This document shows positions 9,157 through 18,354 of a DNA stretch of 32,000 nt, in pieces. The translations under genes were made by a program, and so were the position numbers. The first letter of the stretch is position 1, and each line of letters begins with the position of its first letter. The notes under the pieces were generated by a model. The model saw nothing but the letters and a program-made list of their open reading frames with translations. It did no database searches and was not told the origin of the DNA. The stretch spans positions 780,001-812,000 of the forward strand of contig NZ_CP088239.1 of the NCBI RefSeq assembly GCF_021054785.1, read 5' to 3'. The DNA comes from Tannockella kyphosi (lineage in GTDB: Bacteria; Bacillota_I; Bacilli_A; Erysipelotrichales; Coprobacillaceae).

Positions 9157-10080
9157 ATGAAAAACAGTGGAACATTTACATCGTGCACAAATACACATTT
9201 ATATTATGATTTATACGTTCCACAGATCTTTATTAGACCCCGTGGTATTGTTCAAATTCACCATGGTTTAGGTGAATATCGAGATCGATATATTAATTTT
9301 GCAAAATTTTTAAGACAAGAAGGTTATATTGTAGTGATTATTGATTTTCCTGGTCATGGAACATCCTTATATCAATTTGAACAAGGCTATTTTGGAGAAG
9401 GAATGATTCAAGATACGCTTGTTAAAGATATTCATCATGTTTTGATGACAACAAAAGAAGCTTATCCTGATTTGCCTTATTTCATCATAGGTAACCAGTT
9501 TTCAACACTTGTTGTAAGACAATATTTAAGTCTTTATGGGGAATTTGTTGAAGGAGCTATCTTAATTTCTCCGGGACATTTTCATGATTATAAGACATTT
9601 TGTCGCTATGTTAAGATTAGTGAAATGTTAAAAGGAAATATGTATCGTAGTAAAAGAGTAAAGAGAATATTAGATTATCAGTTTAATCAAGAGTTACAAG
9701 GGGATTCTAATACAGCTAATTATTTAACTGGTGATATAGAAGAATTGGATGCTTATTTAGAAGATCCAATGACAAATTTTGTTTATACCAATAAAGCTTA
9801 TCATCAAATTATTCAATTATCAAAGTTGGTAAATTCGGCCAGTTATTTCCAAAATGTTATTCATGATGTTTCCATTTATTTTATAAGCGGAAAATTTGAT
9901 AACTTTGGTAAAGAAGGAAAAGTAGCAAAACAATTATTTGAAAAATATAAAAAAGCAGGAGTCATTGATGTAGACTTCCAAACATTTGATAGTAAAAGAC
10001 AAGACTTATTACATGAGGTAAATAAAAGTGAAGTATATGAAAATATATTAGCTTGGCTAAATGCACGTACCTTTATGTAA
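9157..10080 (+). CDS. Alpha/beta hydrolase fold protein (lysophospholipase / monoacylglycerol lipase-like) with a degenerate nucleophile elbow
   Basis: 307 aa. HHGLGEY oxyanion region, DFPGHGTS, and C-terminal GKFDNF and LLHE (acid and His positions). The expected GHSMG elbow reads GNQFS. Confidence 0.65.
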   Translation: MKNSGTFTSCTNTHLYYDLYVPQIFIRPRGIVQIHHGLGEYRDRYINFAKFLRQEGYIVVIIDFPGHGTSLYQFEQGYFGEGMIQDTLVKDIHHVLMTTKEAYPDLPYFIIGNQFSTLVVRQYLSLYGEFVEGAILISPGHFHDYKTFCRYVKISEMLKGNMYRSKRVKRILDYQFNQELQGDSNTANYLTGDIEELDAYLEDPMTNFVYTNKAYHQIIQLSKLVNSASYFQNVIHDVSIYFISGKFDNFGKEGKVAKQLFEKYKKAGVIDVDFQTFDSKRQDLLHEVNKSEVYENILAWLNARTFM

Positions 10081-10095
10081 TACCCTTATTGTTGG

Positions 10096-10124
10096 TTGAC
10101 AAGACACCACTATAAGGGTATATT
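10096..10124 (+). promoter_or_regulatory. Candidate sigma-A promoter for glyQS
   Basis: TTGACA (10096-10101), 17-nt spacer, TATATT (10119-10124). Embedded between the arms of a perfect 9-bp inverted repeat: TACCCTTAT (10081-10089) and ATAAGGGTA (10112-10120). Confidence 0.4.
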
Positions 10125-10158
10125 AGTTGTATATTTAAACTTTTAAAATTTCTACAAA

Positions 10159-10195
10159 ATAGACTTGGAATATGAATTCCGAGTCTATGTTTTTA
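10159..10195 (+). terminator. Terminator-like hairpin in the intergenic region / leader just upstream of the glyQS RBS
   Basis: 13-bp stem ATAGACTTGGAAT / ATTCCGAGTCTAT (one G-U pair), loop ATGA, then GTTTTTA. It ends 6 nt before the AAGGAG RBS. Confidence 0.5.
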
Positions 10196-10214
10196 TGACA
10201 AAGGAGAAAAGAAA

Positions 10215-11588
10215 ATGGCAAAAAAAGAAATGGACATTATCGTAAATCATGCAAAAGCATCAGGGTTTGTATATCAAGGTTCTGAAATTTATGATGGATT
10301 GGCAAACACTTGGGATTATGGTCCTTTAGGTGTTGAAATGAAAAACAATATTAAACGTTTATGGTGGAAACGTTTTATTCAAGAATCACCATTAAATGTA
10401 GGGTTAGATTCTGCAATCTTTATGAATCCTAGAGTTTGGGAAGCATCAGGACATGTTGGGGGATTCTCGGATCCTTTGATTGATTGTAAATCATGTAAGA
10501 CAAGACATCGTGCTGATAAATTAATTGAAGAACATGATGAAAATGTACATAGTGAAGGATGGTCTAATGAAGAAACAATGGACTATATTCGTAAAGTTGG
10601 TATTGTTTGTCCAAAATGTGGTAAACAAGATTTCACAGATGTACGTCAGTTTAAATTGATGTTTGAAACACATATGGGAGTGATTGAAGATGCAAAGGAT
10701 GTTGTTTATTTACGTCCAGAAACGGCGCAAGGAATCTTTGTTAATTTTAAAAATATTCAAAGAACTTCAAGAAAGAAAGTTCCTTTTGGAATTGGACAAA
10801 TTGGAAAGTCATTTAGAAATGAGATTACTCCAGGTAACTTTATTTTTAGAACAAGAGAATTTGAACAAATGGAATTAGAATTTTTCTGTAAACCAGATAC
10901 TGATTTAGAATGGTTTGAATATTGGAGAAGCCAATGTCATCTATTCTTAATGGATTTAGGATTAAACTCAGAAAATGTTCGTTTCCGTGATCATGAAAAA
11001 GAAGAATTGTCATTCTATTCGAAAGCAACAAGTGATATTGAATATGCATATCCATTTGGTTGGGGTGAATTATGGGGAATTGCTGATCGTACGAATTATG
11101 ATTTATCTCGTCATATGGAATTTTCTAAAAAAAGTTTAGAATATTTAGATCCTGAAACAAATGAAAAGTATATTCCTTATGTTATTGAACCATCAGTAGG
11201 TGCAGATCGTTTATTCTTATCTGTTTTATGTGATAGTTATCAAGAAGAGGAATTAGAAGGTGGAGATTCTAGAACAGTAATGAAATTACATCCTAGTGTA
11301 GCACCTTATAAAGTGGCTGTTTTACCTTTAACTAAAAAACAAAGTGAAAAAGCAACGGAAATATATCAGTTATTAGCAAAAGAATTTATGTGTGAATATG
11401 ATCTAGCTGGTCAAATTGGAAAGAGATATCGTCGTCAAGATGCTATTGGAACACCATATTGTGTTACTGTTGATTTTGATACATTAGATGATAATGCTGT
11501 TACTATTCGTGATCGTGATACGATGGAACAAATTCGTTTACCAATTGATCAATTAGTAAGTTATATTAGTGAAAAAATTAAATTTTAA
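10215..11588 (+). CDS. glyQS: Glycine--tRNA ligase, single-chain (alpha2) class II type
   Basis: 457 aa. Characteristic N-terminus ([24 protein letters not shown]), class II motifs ([29 protein letters not shown]) and a C-terminal anticodon-binding domain. AAGGAG RBS. Confidence 0.92.
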   Translation: MAKKEMDIIVNHAKASGFVYQGSEIYDGLANTWDYGPLGVEMKNNIKRLWWKRFIQESPLNVGLDSAIFMNPRVWEASGHVGGFSDPLIDCKSCKTRHRADKLIEEHDENVHSEGWSNEETMDYIRKVGIVCPKCGKQDFTDVRQFKLMFETHMGVIEDAKDVVYLRPETAQGIFVNFKNIQRTSRKKVPFGIGQIGKSFRNEITPGNFIFRTREFEQMELEFFCKPDTDLEWFEYWRSQCHLFLMDLGLNSENVRFRDHEKEELSFYSKATSDIEYAYPFGWGELWGIADRTNYDLSRHMEFSKKSLEYLDPETNEKYIPYVIEPSVGADRLFLSVLCDSYQEEELEGGDSRTVMKLHPSVAPYKVAVLPLTKKQSEKATEIYQLLAKEFMCEYDLAGQIGKRYRRQDAIGTPYCVTVDFDTLDDNAVTIRDRDTMEQIRLPIDQLVSYISEKIKF

Positions 11589-11602
11589 AAAGGAGGGTGG
11601 AT

Positions 11603-13408
11603 ATGCCAAGAATACCAGATAGTAAGCTTTCAGAAATCAGACAAAGTGTTAATATTATCGATGTAATCGGAGCATATTTGCCTCTAATTAAAAAAGGACA
11701 AAATTATGTTGCTGTATGTCCTTTTCATCAAGATAATCATCCATCGATGTCTGTTTCTCAAGAAAGACAAATTTATAAATGCTTTGTTTGTGGAGCTGGT
11801 GGAAATGTTTTTATGTTTTTACAAAATTATCTTAAAATCACTTTTCATCAAGCAGTTTTAGAAGTTGCTAAAATGTCAAATATTGATGTTAGTGAATATG
11901 AATACAAGGCACCAGTAAAAGAAGTGGCAAAAGAATTGGTTCCTATTTATGATATGTATGAGGATGCAACTAATATTTATCATTATTATTTAAGTACTGA
12001 TTTAGCGAAGGAAGCTAAAAAGTATTTAACTGATCGTCACATTAGTGATACTGTTATTGATCATTTTAAAATTGGTTATTCATTACCAAAACAATGTCTT
12101 GTTCCTGCTTTTGAAAAAAAAGGTTATGACGATATGGATGCATATCGTTCAGGATTAATTGTAGAAGGTAAATATAAACGTGATCGTTTTGTCGATCGGA
12201 TTATGTTTCCCATTCACAATAGTGAAGGGAAAGTAGTTGCTTTTAGTGGTCGTGTTTTTGATAAAAATAGTGATCAAGCAAAATATATTAATTCTAGTGA
12301 ATCACAAGTATTTGTGAAAGGGGAAGTGCTTTATAATTATCATCGTTGTATTGATGCAGTAAGGCATGCTAATCATATTTATATTTGTGAAGGTTTTATG
12401 GATGTTATTGCATTATATCGAGTTGGAATAAACCAAGCTATTGCAACAATGGGGACAGCTTTTACAAAACGTCATATCCAATTATTAAAACGTCTTACTA
12501 AAAATATTCGTTTATGCATGGATGGTGATAATGCTGGACAAACTGCTACATATAAGATGGGTGAGTTATTAAAAAAAGAAGGTTTTGATGTAACGGTTAT
12601 TAATTTAAGAGATCGTTATGACCCAGATGAAGTATTAGAAAAATATGGCAAAGATGAATTGTTAAGTAACTTAGAATTAACAATGCCATTTCTACAATTT
12701 CAATTAAATTATCTTCAAAATAATTGTAATTTTGAAAACTATGATGATAAAAAACAATTTACTACTAGTGCAATGAAACTAATTTCAACATTAGAAGATC
12801 CTATTGATTATGAACACTATTTATCAATTGTAATGAAAATAACAGGATTTTCTGCAAGTACATTACAATCTTTAGCACCTTTTGTACAAAAACCTATTAT
12901 GCAAGATATTGTTTTGCCAGTAATGGCTCCAAGACAAGTTATTAATAAGTATCAAAGGGCAGAAAGAGATTTATTGCATTATATGATGGAAGATAAATTT
13001 GTTTGTGATATCTATGTAAAAAAAGTTCAAATAATGCATAATGTGGAATATAACTTAATTGCTAATCTAATTACTTCTTACTATAAACGAAATGGAGTAA
13101 TGGAAGTTTCTGACTTTATAAATAGTATTGAAAATCAAAGTGCTGTTCAAACTATTTTAGAAGTTTCTCAATTAAATATTCCCTCATTAAGTGAATTTGA
13201 TACACAACCTGATCAAAAACATAAAATTATTGATGGTTATGTAGAAACTTTAAAAGGATATGGAGCTATGCTCCGTAAAGAAAAAGAAGAAAGTCTATTA
13301 TTAAATACAAAGAGTACAGAAGAGCAAATTAAGATTTTAGAACAAATATTAACGAATAAAGAGGAATTGTATGAAGCTAATGATGATACAAAACCTAAGA
13401 TTAATTAA
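11603..13408 (+). CDS. dnaG: DNA primase DnaG
   Basis: Zinc-binding domain [13 protein letters not shown]...CFVCGAGGN and TOPRIM motifs EGFMDV / DGDNAG. ATG 11603 with an AGGAGGG RBS is preferred over GTG 11597. Confidence 0.92.
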   Translation: MPRIPDSKLSEIRQSVNIIDVIGAYLPLIKKGQNYVAVCPFHQDNHPSMSVSQERQIYKCFVCGAGGNVFMFLQNYLKITFHQAVLEVAKMSNIDVSEYEYKAPVKEVAKELVPIYDMYEDATNIYHYYLSTDLAKEAKKYLTDRHISDTVIDHFKIGYSLPKQCLVPAFEKKGYDDMDAYRSGLIVEGKYKRDRFVDRIMFPIHNSEGKVVAFSGRVFDKNSDQAKYINSSESQVFVKGEVLYNYHRCIDAVRHANHIYICEGFMDVIALYRVGINQAIATMGTAFTKRHIQLLKRLTKNIRLCMDGDNAGQTATYKMGELLKKEGFDVTVINLRDRYDPDEVLEKYGKDELLSNLELTMPFLQFQLNYLQNNCNFENYDDKKQFTTSAMKLISTLEDPIDYEHYLSIVMKITGFSASTLQSLAPFVQKPIMQDIVLPVMAPRQVINKYQRAERDLLHYMMEDKFVCDIYVKKVQIMHNVEYNLIANLITSYYKRNGVMEVSDFINSIENQSAVQTILEVSQLNIPSLSEFDTQPDQKHKIIDGYVETLKGYGAMLRKEKEESLLLNTKSTEEQIKILEQILTNKEELYEANDDTKPKIN

Positions 13409-13428
13409 ATATAGAAAAGAGGAAAACT

Positions 13429-14673
13429 ATGAAAAAAACAAAAAAAGTAGAAGCTGTTAGTTTTGATGACTTAAAAGCATTAATAGTGGAAGAAGCAAAA
13501 AAAGATGGAAATCGTCTTTCTCAAGATTCTTTAGATAATTATTTATCAAATTATGATTTATCAGATGATTTAGCAGAAGAATTATTATCATTTATTAATG
13601 ATAATAAAATTGATATTAATAATGATATGGATGATATGGATATTGATGATGAAGCTCTACTAATTGATGTTCCTACCATTGGAGAATTAGATTTAGAATT
13701 AGATAGCTCTTTAGATGATAATACACCAGATTTAGATTTTGCTGGTGATTTTGATATGATGACTACAGATACAATGGATATGTATCAAACAAAGTCAGAT
13801 GATATTGAATATGAAGATACACAATTAGGTAGTAATGTAAAAATTAATGATCCTGTTAAAATGTATTTAAAAGAAATTGGTCGTGTTGAGTTATTAACGC
13901 AAGATCAAGAAATTGAATTAGCGAAAAAAATTCTTGAAGGAGATACTTTTGCTAAAAAAGAATTAGCTGCAGCAAATTTACGTTTGGTTGTTTCTATTGC
14001 AAAGCGTTATGTTGGTAGAGGAATGTTGTTCTTAGATTTAATTCAAGAAGGTAATATGGGGCTTATTAAAGCAGTAGAGAAATTTGATTATACAAAAGGA
14101 TTTAAGTTTTCAACTTATGCAACATGGTGGATTCGTCAAGCAATTACTAGAGCAATTGCAGATCAAGCAAGAACGATTCGTATACCAGTTCATATGGTAG
14201 AAACTATTAACAAATTAACACGTATTCAAAGACAATTAATTCAAGAGTTAGGAAGAGAACCTACTGCTGAAGAAATTGCTGAAAAAATGGATGGAATGAC
14301 TCCAGAAAAAGTTCGTGAAATTCAAAAAATATCGTTAGAACCAGTTTCATTAGAAACACCAATTGGAGAAGAAGATGATAGTCATTTAGGAGATTTCATT
14401 GAAGATGAAGGAGCTATGTCACCTGATGATTATGCTGCTAATGAGTTATTAAAAGATGAATTAAATGATGTATTATTAGAATTAACTGACCGTGAAGAAA
14501 AAGTATTACGTCTTCGTTTTGGATTAGATGATGGTAGAAATAGAACGTTAGAAGAAGTGGGAAAAGAGTTTAATGTAACACGTGAGCGTATTAGACAAAT
14601 TGAAGCAAAAGCTTTACGCAAATTAAAACACCCATCTAGATCAAAACGTCTAAAAGATTTCTTAAATCGCTAA
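13429..14673 (+). CDS. sigA: RNA polymerase primary sigma factor (sigma-A / RpoD)
   Basis: 414 aa. Acidic region 1, region 2.4 [14 protein letters not shown], and region 4.2 [27 protein letters not shown]. Follows dnaG as in the macromolecular synthesis operon. Confidence 0.95.
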   Translation: MKKTKKVEAVSFDDLKALIVEEAKKDGNRLSQDSLDNYLSNYDLSDDLAEELLSFINDNKIDINNDMDDMDIDDEALLIDVPTIGELDLELDSSLDDNTPDLDFAGDFDMMTTDTMDMYQTKSDDIEYEDTQLGSNVKINDPVKMYLKEIGRVELLTQDQEIELAKKILEGDTFAKKELAAANLRLVVSIAKRYVGRGMLFLDLIQEGNMGLIKAVEKFDYTKGFKFSTYATWWIRQAITRAIADQARTIRIPVHMVETINKLTRIQRQLIQELGREPTAEEIAEKMDGMTPEKVREIQKISLEPVSLETPIGEEDDSHLGDFIEDEGAMSPDDYAANELLKDELNDVLLELTDREEKVLRLRFGLDDGRNRTLEEVGKEFNVTRERIRQIEAKALRKLKHPSRSKRLKDFLNR

Positions 14674-14674
14674 T

Positions 14675-15364
14675 ATGAAATTATCAAAAAGGTTACAATT
14701 ATTAGCTGATGTAATACAAAAACACTTACAGGGAAATACTTTAGCAGATATTGGTAGTGATCATGCTTATTTACCTAGCTATTTAGTAAAAGAAGGTATT
14801 ATTAAAAAAGCATATGCTTGTGATATCACAGAAGGTCCGATTCAATCTGCCAAAGAAACAATTCATTATTATGGACTTGATGATCAAGTGTTTGCAATCA
14901 TGGGTCCTGGTTTGTTACCAATCATCCATAAGCATGTTGATATGATTGCTATTGCAGGGATGGGAGCTTATTTGATAAGTGATATTCTGCAAGAACATTT
15001 AGATTATGCAAAGAAAGTACCAGTTTTGTTTTTACAACCAAATGCGAATGTCGATCATTTACGTAGTTATCTTTTCCAAAATGGTTTTACCATTATGGAT
15101 GAAGAAATGGTAAAAGATGGAAATCATATTTATGAAGTATTAGTAGTTAGTTATGCAGGTAATAAAGGGGCAGTTTATAGTGTGAATGATATTGAGTTTG
15201 GTCCTGTTTTAAAAAGAGAATGTAGCCCATTATTCAAAGAAAAATGGAGAAAACAATCGGATGTTTATAAAAAGATCCAATCTACTCTACATCAAGAACA
15301 TCCTAAATATATTGAATTACAAGATAAAATAAAAAGAATAGAAGGTGTTCTAAATGATTGCTAA
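14675..15364 (+). CDS. trmK: tRNA (adenine22-N1)-methyltransferase TrmK (YqfN family)
   Basis: 229 aa. N-terminus KLSKRLQLLADVI...LADIGSDHAYLPSYL closely matches B. subtilis YqfN/TrmK as I recall it. Confidence 0.85.
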   Translation: MKLSKRLQLLADVIQKHLQGNTLADIGSDHAYLPSYLVKEGIIKKAYACDITEGPIQSAKETIHYYGLDDQVFAIMGPGLLPIIHKHVDMIAIAGMGAYLISDILQEHLDYAKKVPVLFLQPNANVDHLRSYLFQNGFTIMDEEMVKDGNHIYEVLVVSYAGNKGAVYSVNDIEFGPVLKRECSPLFKEKWRKQSDVYKKIQSTLHQEHPKYIELQDKIKRIEGVLNDC

Positions 15365-16112
15365 AGACATCATGAATTACTTAGAAACATATTTTCCACT
15401 AGATTTACAATTATCTTTTGATAAATGTGGGTTACAAGTAGGAAATTTAAATCAAGAAGTAGATAAAGTAATGGTTTCCTTAAACTGTGATCAACAAACA
15501 ATAGATAGTGCAATAGCACAAAATTGTTCAATGCTTATCTCTCATCATCCTTTATTATTAGATAAACACGATGCTATTGATACATCTGTTTCTTTTGGTA
15601 AATTTGTTGAAAAAGCAATAAAAAATGATATCGTAGTATGTAGTTTGCATACTTGTTTAGATCGTGGTATGAATGGTATTTCGATGAATGACTGGTTGAT
15701 TTCTTTATATGATGTGCATCATATAGAATGTTATGATGAAGTTCAAATAGGAAAAAAAGCGATTTTAAAAACACCAATGATGTTTGATGATTTTCTAACT
15801 AAAACAAAAGAAGTATTTCAAATTAATACTTTAAAAGTAGCAGGTAGAAAAGATAAATTGATTGAAAGAATTGGTATTTGTGGTGGTAGTGGTAGTGATG
15901 AAATAACTGCTTGTAAAGGACAAGTAGATGCTTTTATTACAGGTGATACTAAATATCATCATGGACAATTTGCTTATGAAAACGATATTGTATTCATTGA
16001 TGTTGGACATCATGTTGAAGTTATTGTTGAAAAAGAGTTAATAAAAATATTAAAAAACTTACCAATTCAAGTATTATCAATGGATAGTCAAGATTATTTT
16101 GAATATAAATAG
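15354..16112 (+). CDS. yqfO: Nif3-like dinuclear metal centre protein (YqfO/YbgI family), short form
   Basis: 252 aa. NIF3 motifs ISHHPLL and TGDTKYHH. Overlaps trmK by 11 nt, with a GAAGGTG RBS. The length resembles E. coli YbgI rather than the longer Bacillus YqfO. Confidence 0.8.
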   Translation: MIAKDIMNYLETYFPLDLQLSFDKCGLQVGNLNQEVDKVMVSLNCDQQTIDSAIAQNCSMLISHHPLLLDKHDAIDTSVSFGKFVEKAIKNDIVVCSLHTCLDRGMNGISMNDWLISLYDVHHIECYDEVQIGKKAILKTPMMFDDFLTKTKEVFQINTLKVAGRKDKLIERIGICGGSGSDEITACKGQVDAFITGDTKYHHGQFAYENDIVFIDVGHHVEVIVEKELIKILKNLPIQVLSMDSQDYFEYK

Positions 16113-16135
16113 AGTAGCTATTGCTACTTTTTTTA
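16113..16135 (+). terminator. Intrinsic terminator after yqfO
   Basis: AGTAGC / GCTACT stem, loop TATT, then T7, immediately after the TAG stop. Confidence 0.7.
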
Positions 16136-16153
16136 TATTTTGTCTAACTAATA

Positions 16154-16182
16154 TTGACATCTACTTGGATATTGCATATAAT
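16154..16182 (+). promoter_or_regulatory. Consensus sigma-A promoter
   Basis: TTGACA (16154-16159), exactly 17 nt of spacer, TATAAT (16177-16182). The predicted start is near G16189. Confidence 0.7.
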
Positions 16183-16199
16183 TAATGCGTGAGGTACTT

Positions 16200-16280
16200 T
16201 AAAATTGTATCGGTAAAACCATCGCAAGGTGGTGACACAAAGCTATAGGGACTCGATGGAGTCAGCCAGTTGCAAATCAG
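16200..16280 (+). promoter_or_regulatory. c-di-GMP-I (GEMM-I)-like riboswitch aptamer
   Basis: The core CGGTAAAACC-ATC-GCAA-GGT-GGTGACACAAAGCT-ATAGG-GACTC-GATG-GAGTC-AGCCAG parallels my memory of V. cholerae Vc2 (GGGCAAACC-AUUC-GAAA-GAGU-GGGACGCAAAGCC...). Shared elements are a GNRA-capped hairpin ACCATC/GGTGGT, an ACRCAAAGC junction, a second hairpin with an internal loop, and a 3' AGCC. It is GC-enriched relative to its flanks. Not verified with a covariance model. Confidence 0.65.
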
Positions 16281-16306
16281 TTTAGAAAACAAGGTTTGCT
16301 TTTTTT
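16272..16306 (+). terminator. Putative riboswitch expression-platform terminator
   Basis: GCAAATC (16272-16278) pairs with GGTTTGC (16293-16299; one G-U pair), followed by T7 (16300-16306). The 5' arm overlaps the 3' flank of the aptamer. An alternative AT-rich pairing is GAAAACAA / TTGTTTTC. Confidence 0.5.
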
Positions 16307-16435
16307 GTTTTCAAAAAGCTATTTCATCGTTTTACTATATTAAAAGTTAAACTATGAAGCTCCCAACTATCATATTTTAATTTTTAATCCATTTGGAAAT
16401 GATATGATACTTAGTACATTCAAAATTTCCAATCA

Positions 16436-16465
16436 AAAAGACTATACCCCCCGGTATAGTCTTTT
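16436..16465. terminator. Bidirectional intrinsic terminator; homing site of intron copy 1
   Basis: AAAAGACTATACC / GGTATAGTCTTTT stem with loop CCCC (9 bp GACTATACC/GGTATAGTC core), an A-run upstream and a T-run downstream. The intron 5' end lies 2 nt after the T-run. Confidence 0.7.
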
Positions 16466-16467
16466 AA

Positions 16468-18353
16468 GTGTGCCAGGCATGGTATACATCTAAGTGGTGA
16501 AAGTCCACCGTGGGGAATAGTCGCCAACCACTAGTCGAAGTCAAGGGTGTCCATCGTGAGGCGGAATCTGAAGGAAGAATTAGACAAAACTCTGGTCTTA
16601 GGAACACGAACTATATCAGGCAGGAGATAAGAGACAAGTGTGCTTAACAACACAAAATCTAACAGACTATGAAGTACTTATCTAATGTAAATATAGAAGA
16701 TATATGGAGGGAAAGATGTATAGCCTTACCCTGGGAGGTCTCACAAGCGAGAAAGTAGTAACAACGAATTGTGAGAAGTCAGCCGAGGTCGTAGTAGTGA
16801 GGAAGTACCTGTAATGGGTATGGAGCAAAGGACTGAACAGATTTATCAGTTAAAGAACTGTCAAATTGCACCGGTATGTGTAACTCGAGGACAAGAGTGA
16901 AACTAGAATAGTGAGTAAACAAGAACGGAGGAAAGCTATAAGTCAACATACAGGAAACGAAAGGAAGGGAAGTAACGAAATATGGAAACAGAAAGAAATG
17001 AATTACTTAATCAACTGCTTAGTGAAGAAAATATGATAGAAGCATATAAGCAAGTCAAACGAAATAGAGGAGCTAGTGGAATAGATGGTATGGAAGTAAC
17101 TGAGTTAAAGGAATACCTAGAAGAACACGGCGAAGAAATTAAAGAAGAGATAAGAACAAGGAGATATAAACCTAGTCCGGTAAGAAGGGTAGAAATACCA
17201 AAAGAGAATGGTGGAGTAAGATTACTTGGAATACCAACAGTAAAAGATAGAATGGTACAACAAATGATAGTGCAAGTATTAACACCAATCTATGAACCAA
17301 TATTTAGTGAACATAGCTATGGGTTCAGACCGGGTAGAAACTGTGAAATGGCAATCATAAAAGTGTTAGAGCACATGAATGAAGGATTGCATTGGATAGT
17401 AGATATTGACTTAGAGAAATTCTTTGATAATGTTCACCATGATAAACTAATTCGACTAGTGAGTCAACAGGTAAAAGATGGTGATGTAATATCCCTAATT
17501 AGAAAATTCCTAAGAAGTGGAATCATGATTGATGACGAATATAAAGAATCAACAATCGGAACGCCACAGGGCGGAAATCTTAGTCCATTATTATCAAATA
17601 TTATGCTTGATGTGTTGGATAAGGAATTAGAGGCAAGAGGACTTAATTTCGTAAGATATGCAGATGATGTGCAAATATTGGTAGGAAGTCAAAAAGCAGC
17701 AAATAGAGTAATAGAGAATGTGAGTAGGTACATAGAAAAGAAACTAGGATTAAAAGTAAATATGACAAAAAGCAAAGTCAACAAACCAGAGGGTACAAAA
17801 TACCTAGGGTTTGGATTTTACTATGATAAACTTCAAAAGACCTATAAAGCGAAACCACATAAACTTTCTGTAGAAAAACTGAAAAGAAAACTGAAGCAAC
17901 TTACAAGCCGGAATTGGGGAGTGAGCATGGACTACAGACTACTAAAGATAAAGCAATTGATAGTAGGATGGGTCAACTACTTTAGAATAGCGAGTTTTAA
18001 GAAAGTGTGCAAACAAATAGATGCACATACACGGTTTAGACTTAGAATGTGCATATGGAAACGATGGAAAAGAATAGGTACAAAATACAGAGCACTAATA
18101 AAACTAGGAGTAAACAAATATAAAGCATGGGAATGGGCGAATAGCAGAAAAGCATACGCACGAGTTGCCATGTCATATATCATGTGTAGAACGGTAACGA
18201 ACGATAGACTAAAGAAAAGAGGTCTAGTATCACTACTAGACCAGTATCAGTTAAAACATATTTTAGTATAAATTTGAACCGCCGTACACCGAACGGTACA
18301 TACGGTGGTGTGAGAGGACGATAAATAAATTAATTATTTATCTCCTACTCGAT
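16468..18353 (+). mobile_element. Group II intron, copy 1 (bacterial class C / IIC-like), 1886 nt
   Basis: Starts with GTGTG. The 5' ribozyme segment is 514 nt and GC-richer than its surroundings. The RT/maturase ORF sits in domain IV. A domain V-like hairpin spans 18278-18309 (ACCGCCGTA...TACGGTGGT). A domain VI helix spans 18311-18351 with a bulged A at 18347, 7 nt before a 3' ...GAT end. Inserted just behind a terminator hairpin. Boundaries were set by where the two copies stop matching (+/- 1-3 nt). Confidence 0.85.
16982..18271 (+). CDS. Group II intron reverse transcriptase/maturase (no endonuclease domain)
   Basis: 429 aa. RT motifs GIPTVKDRMVQQ, GFRPGRNCEMA, TPQGGNLSPLLSNI and the catalytic YADD (VRYADDVQIL). 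Maturase/X domain (LIVGWVNYFR). The protein ends without an HNH/En domain. Confidence 0.92.
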   Translation: METERNELLNQLLSEENMIEAYKQVKRNRGASGIDGMEVTELKEYLEEHGEEIKEEIRTRRYKPSPVRRVEIPKENGGVRLLGIPTVKDRMVQQMIVQVLTPIYEPIFSEHSYGFRPGRNCEMAIIKVLEHMNEGLHWIVDIDLEKFFDNVHHDKLIRLVSQQVKDGDVISLIRKFLRSGIMIDDEYKESTIGTPQGGNLSPLLSNIMLDVLDKELEARGLNFVRYADDVQILVGSQKAANRVIENVSRYIEKKLGLKVNMTKSKVNKPEGTKYLGFGFYYDKLQKTYKAKPHKLSVEKLKRKLKQLTSRNWGVSMDYRLLKIKQLIVGWVNYFRIASFKKVCKQIDAHTRFRLRMCIWKRWKRIGTKYRALIKLGVNKYKAWEWANSRKAYARVAMSYIMCRTVTNDRLKKRGLVSLLDQYQLKHILV

Positions 18354-18354
18354 T

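Noticed and set aside
10081-10214. An expected glycine T-box riboswitch upstream of glyQS.
   Set aside because: The region is too short (134 nt), and I find no T-box consensus or specifier-loop architecture. Only a simple hairpin plus U-tract is present (reported separately as a finding).
16113-16128. The yqfO terminator stem (AGTAGCTATTGCTACT) closely resembles the nfo terminator stem at 26362-26378 (AGTAGCTAATAGCTACT), which could suggest a dispersed repeat family.
   Set aside because: Only about 16 nt are shared, and both are simple palindromes placed exactly at stop codons. Two occurrences are insufficient to call a repeat element, and convergence or chance is equally likely.
16339-16493. 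Tiny ORFs downstream of the riboswitch-like element: an 8-codon MKLPTIIF ORF at 16343-16369, and a 29-codon ORF from ATG 16404 that runs through the terminator hairpin into the intron and stops at 16491-16493.
   Set aside because: Neither has a convincing Shine-Dalgarno sequence. The longer one depends on intron sequence for its end and crosses a strong hairpin. Not supportable as genes from sequence alone.
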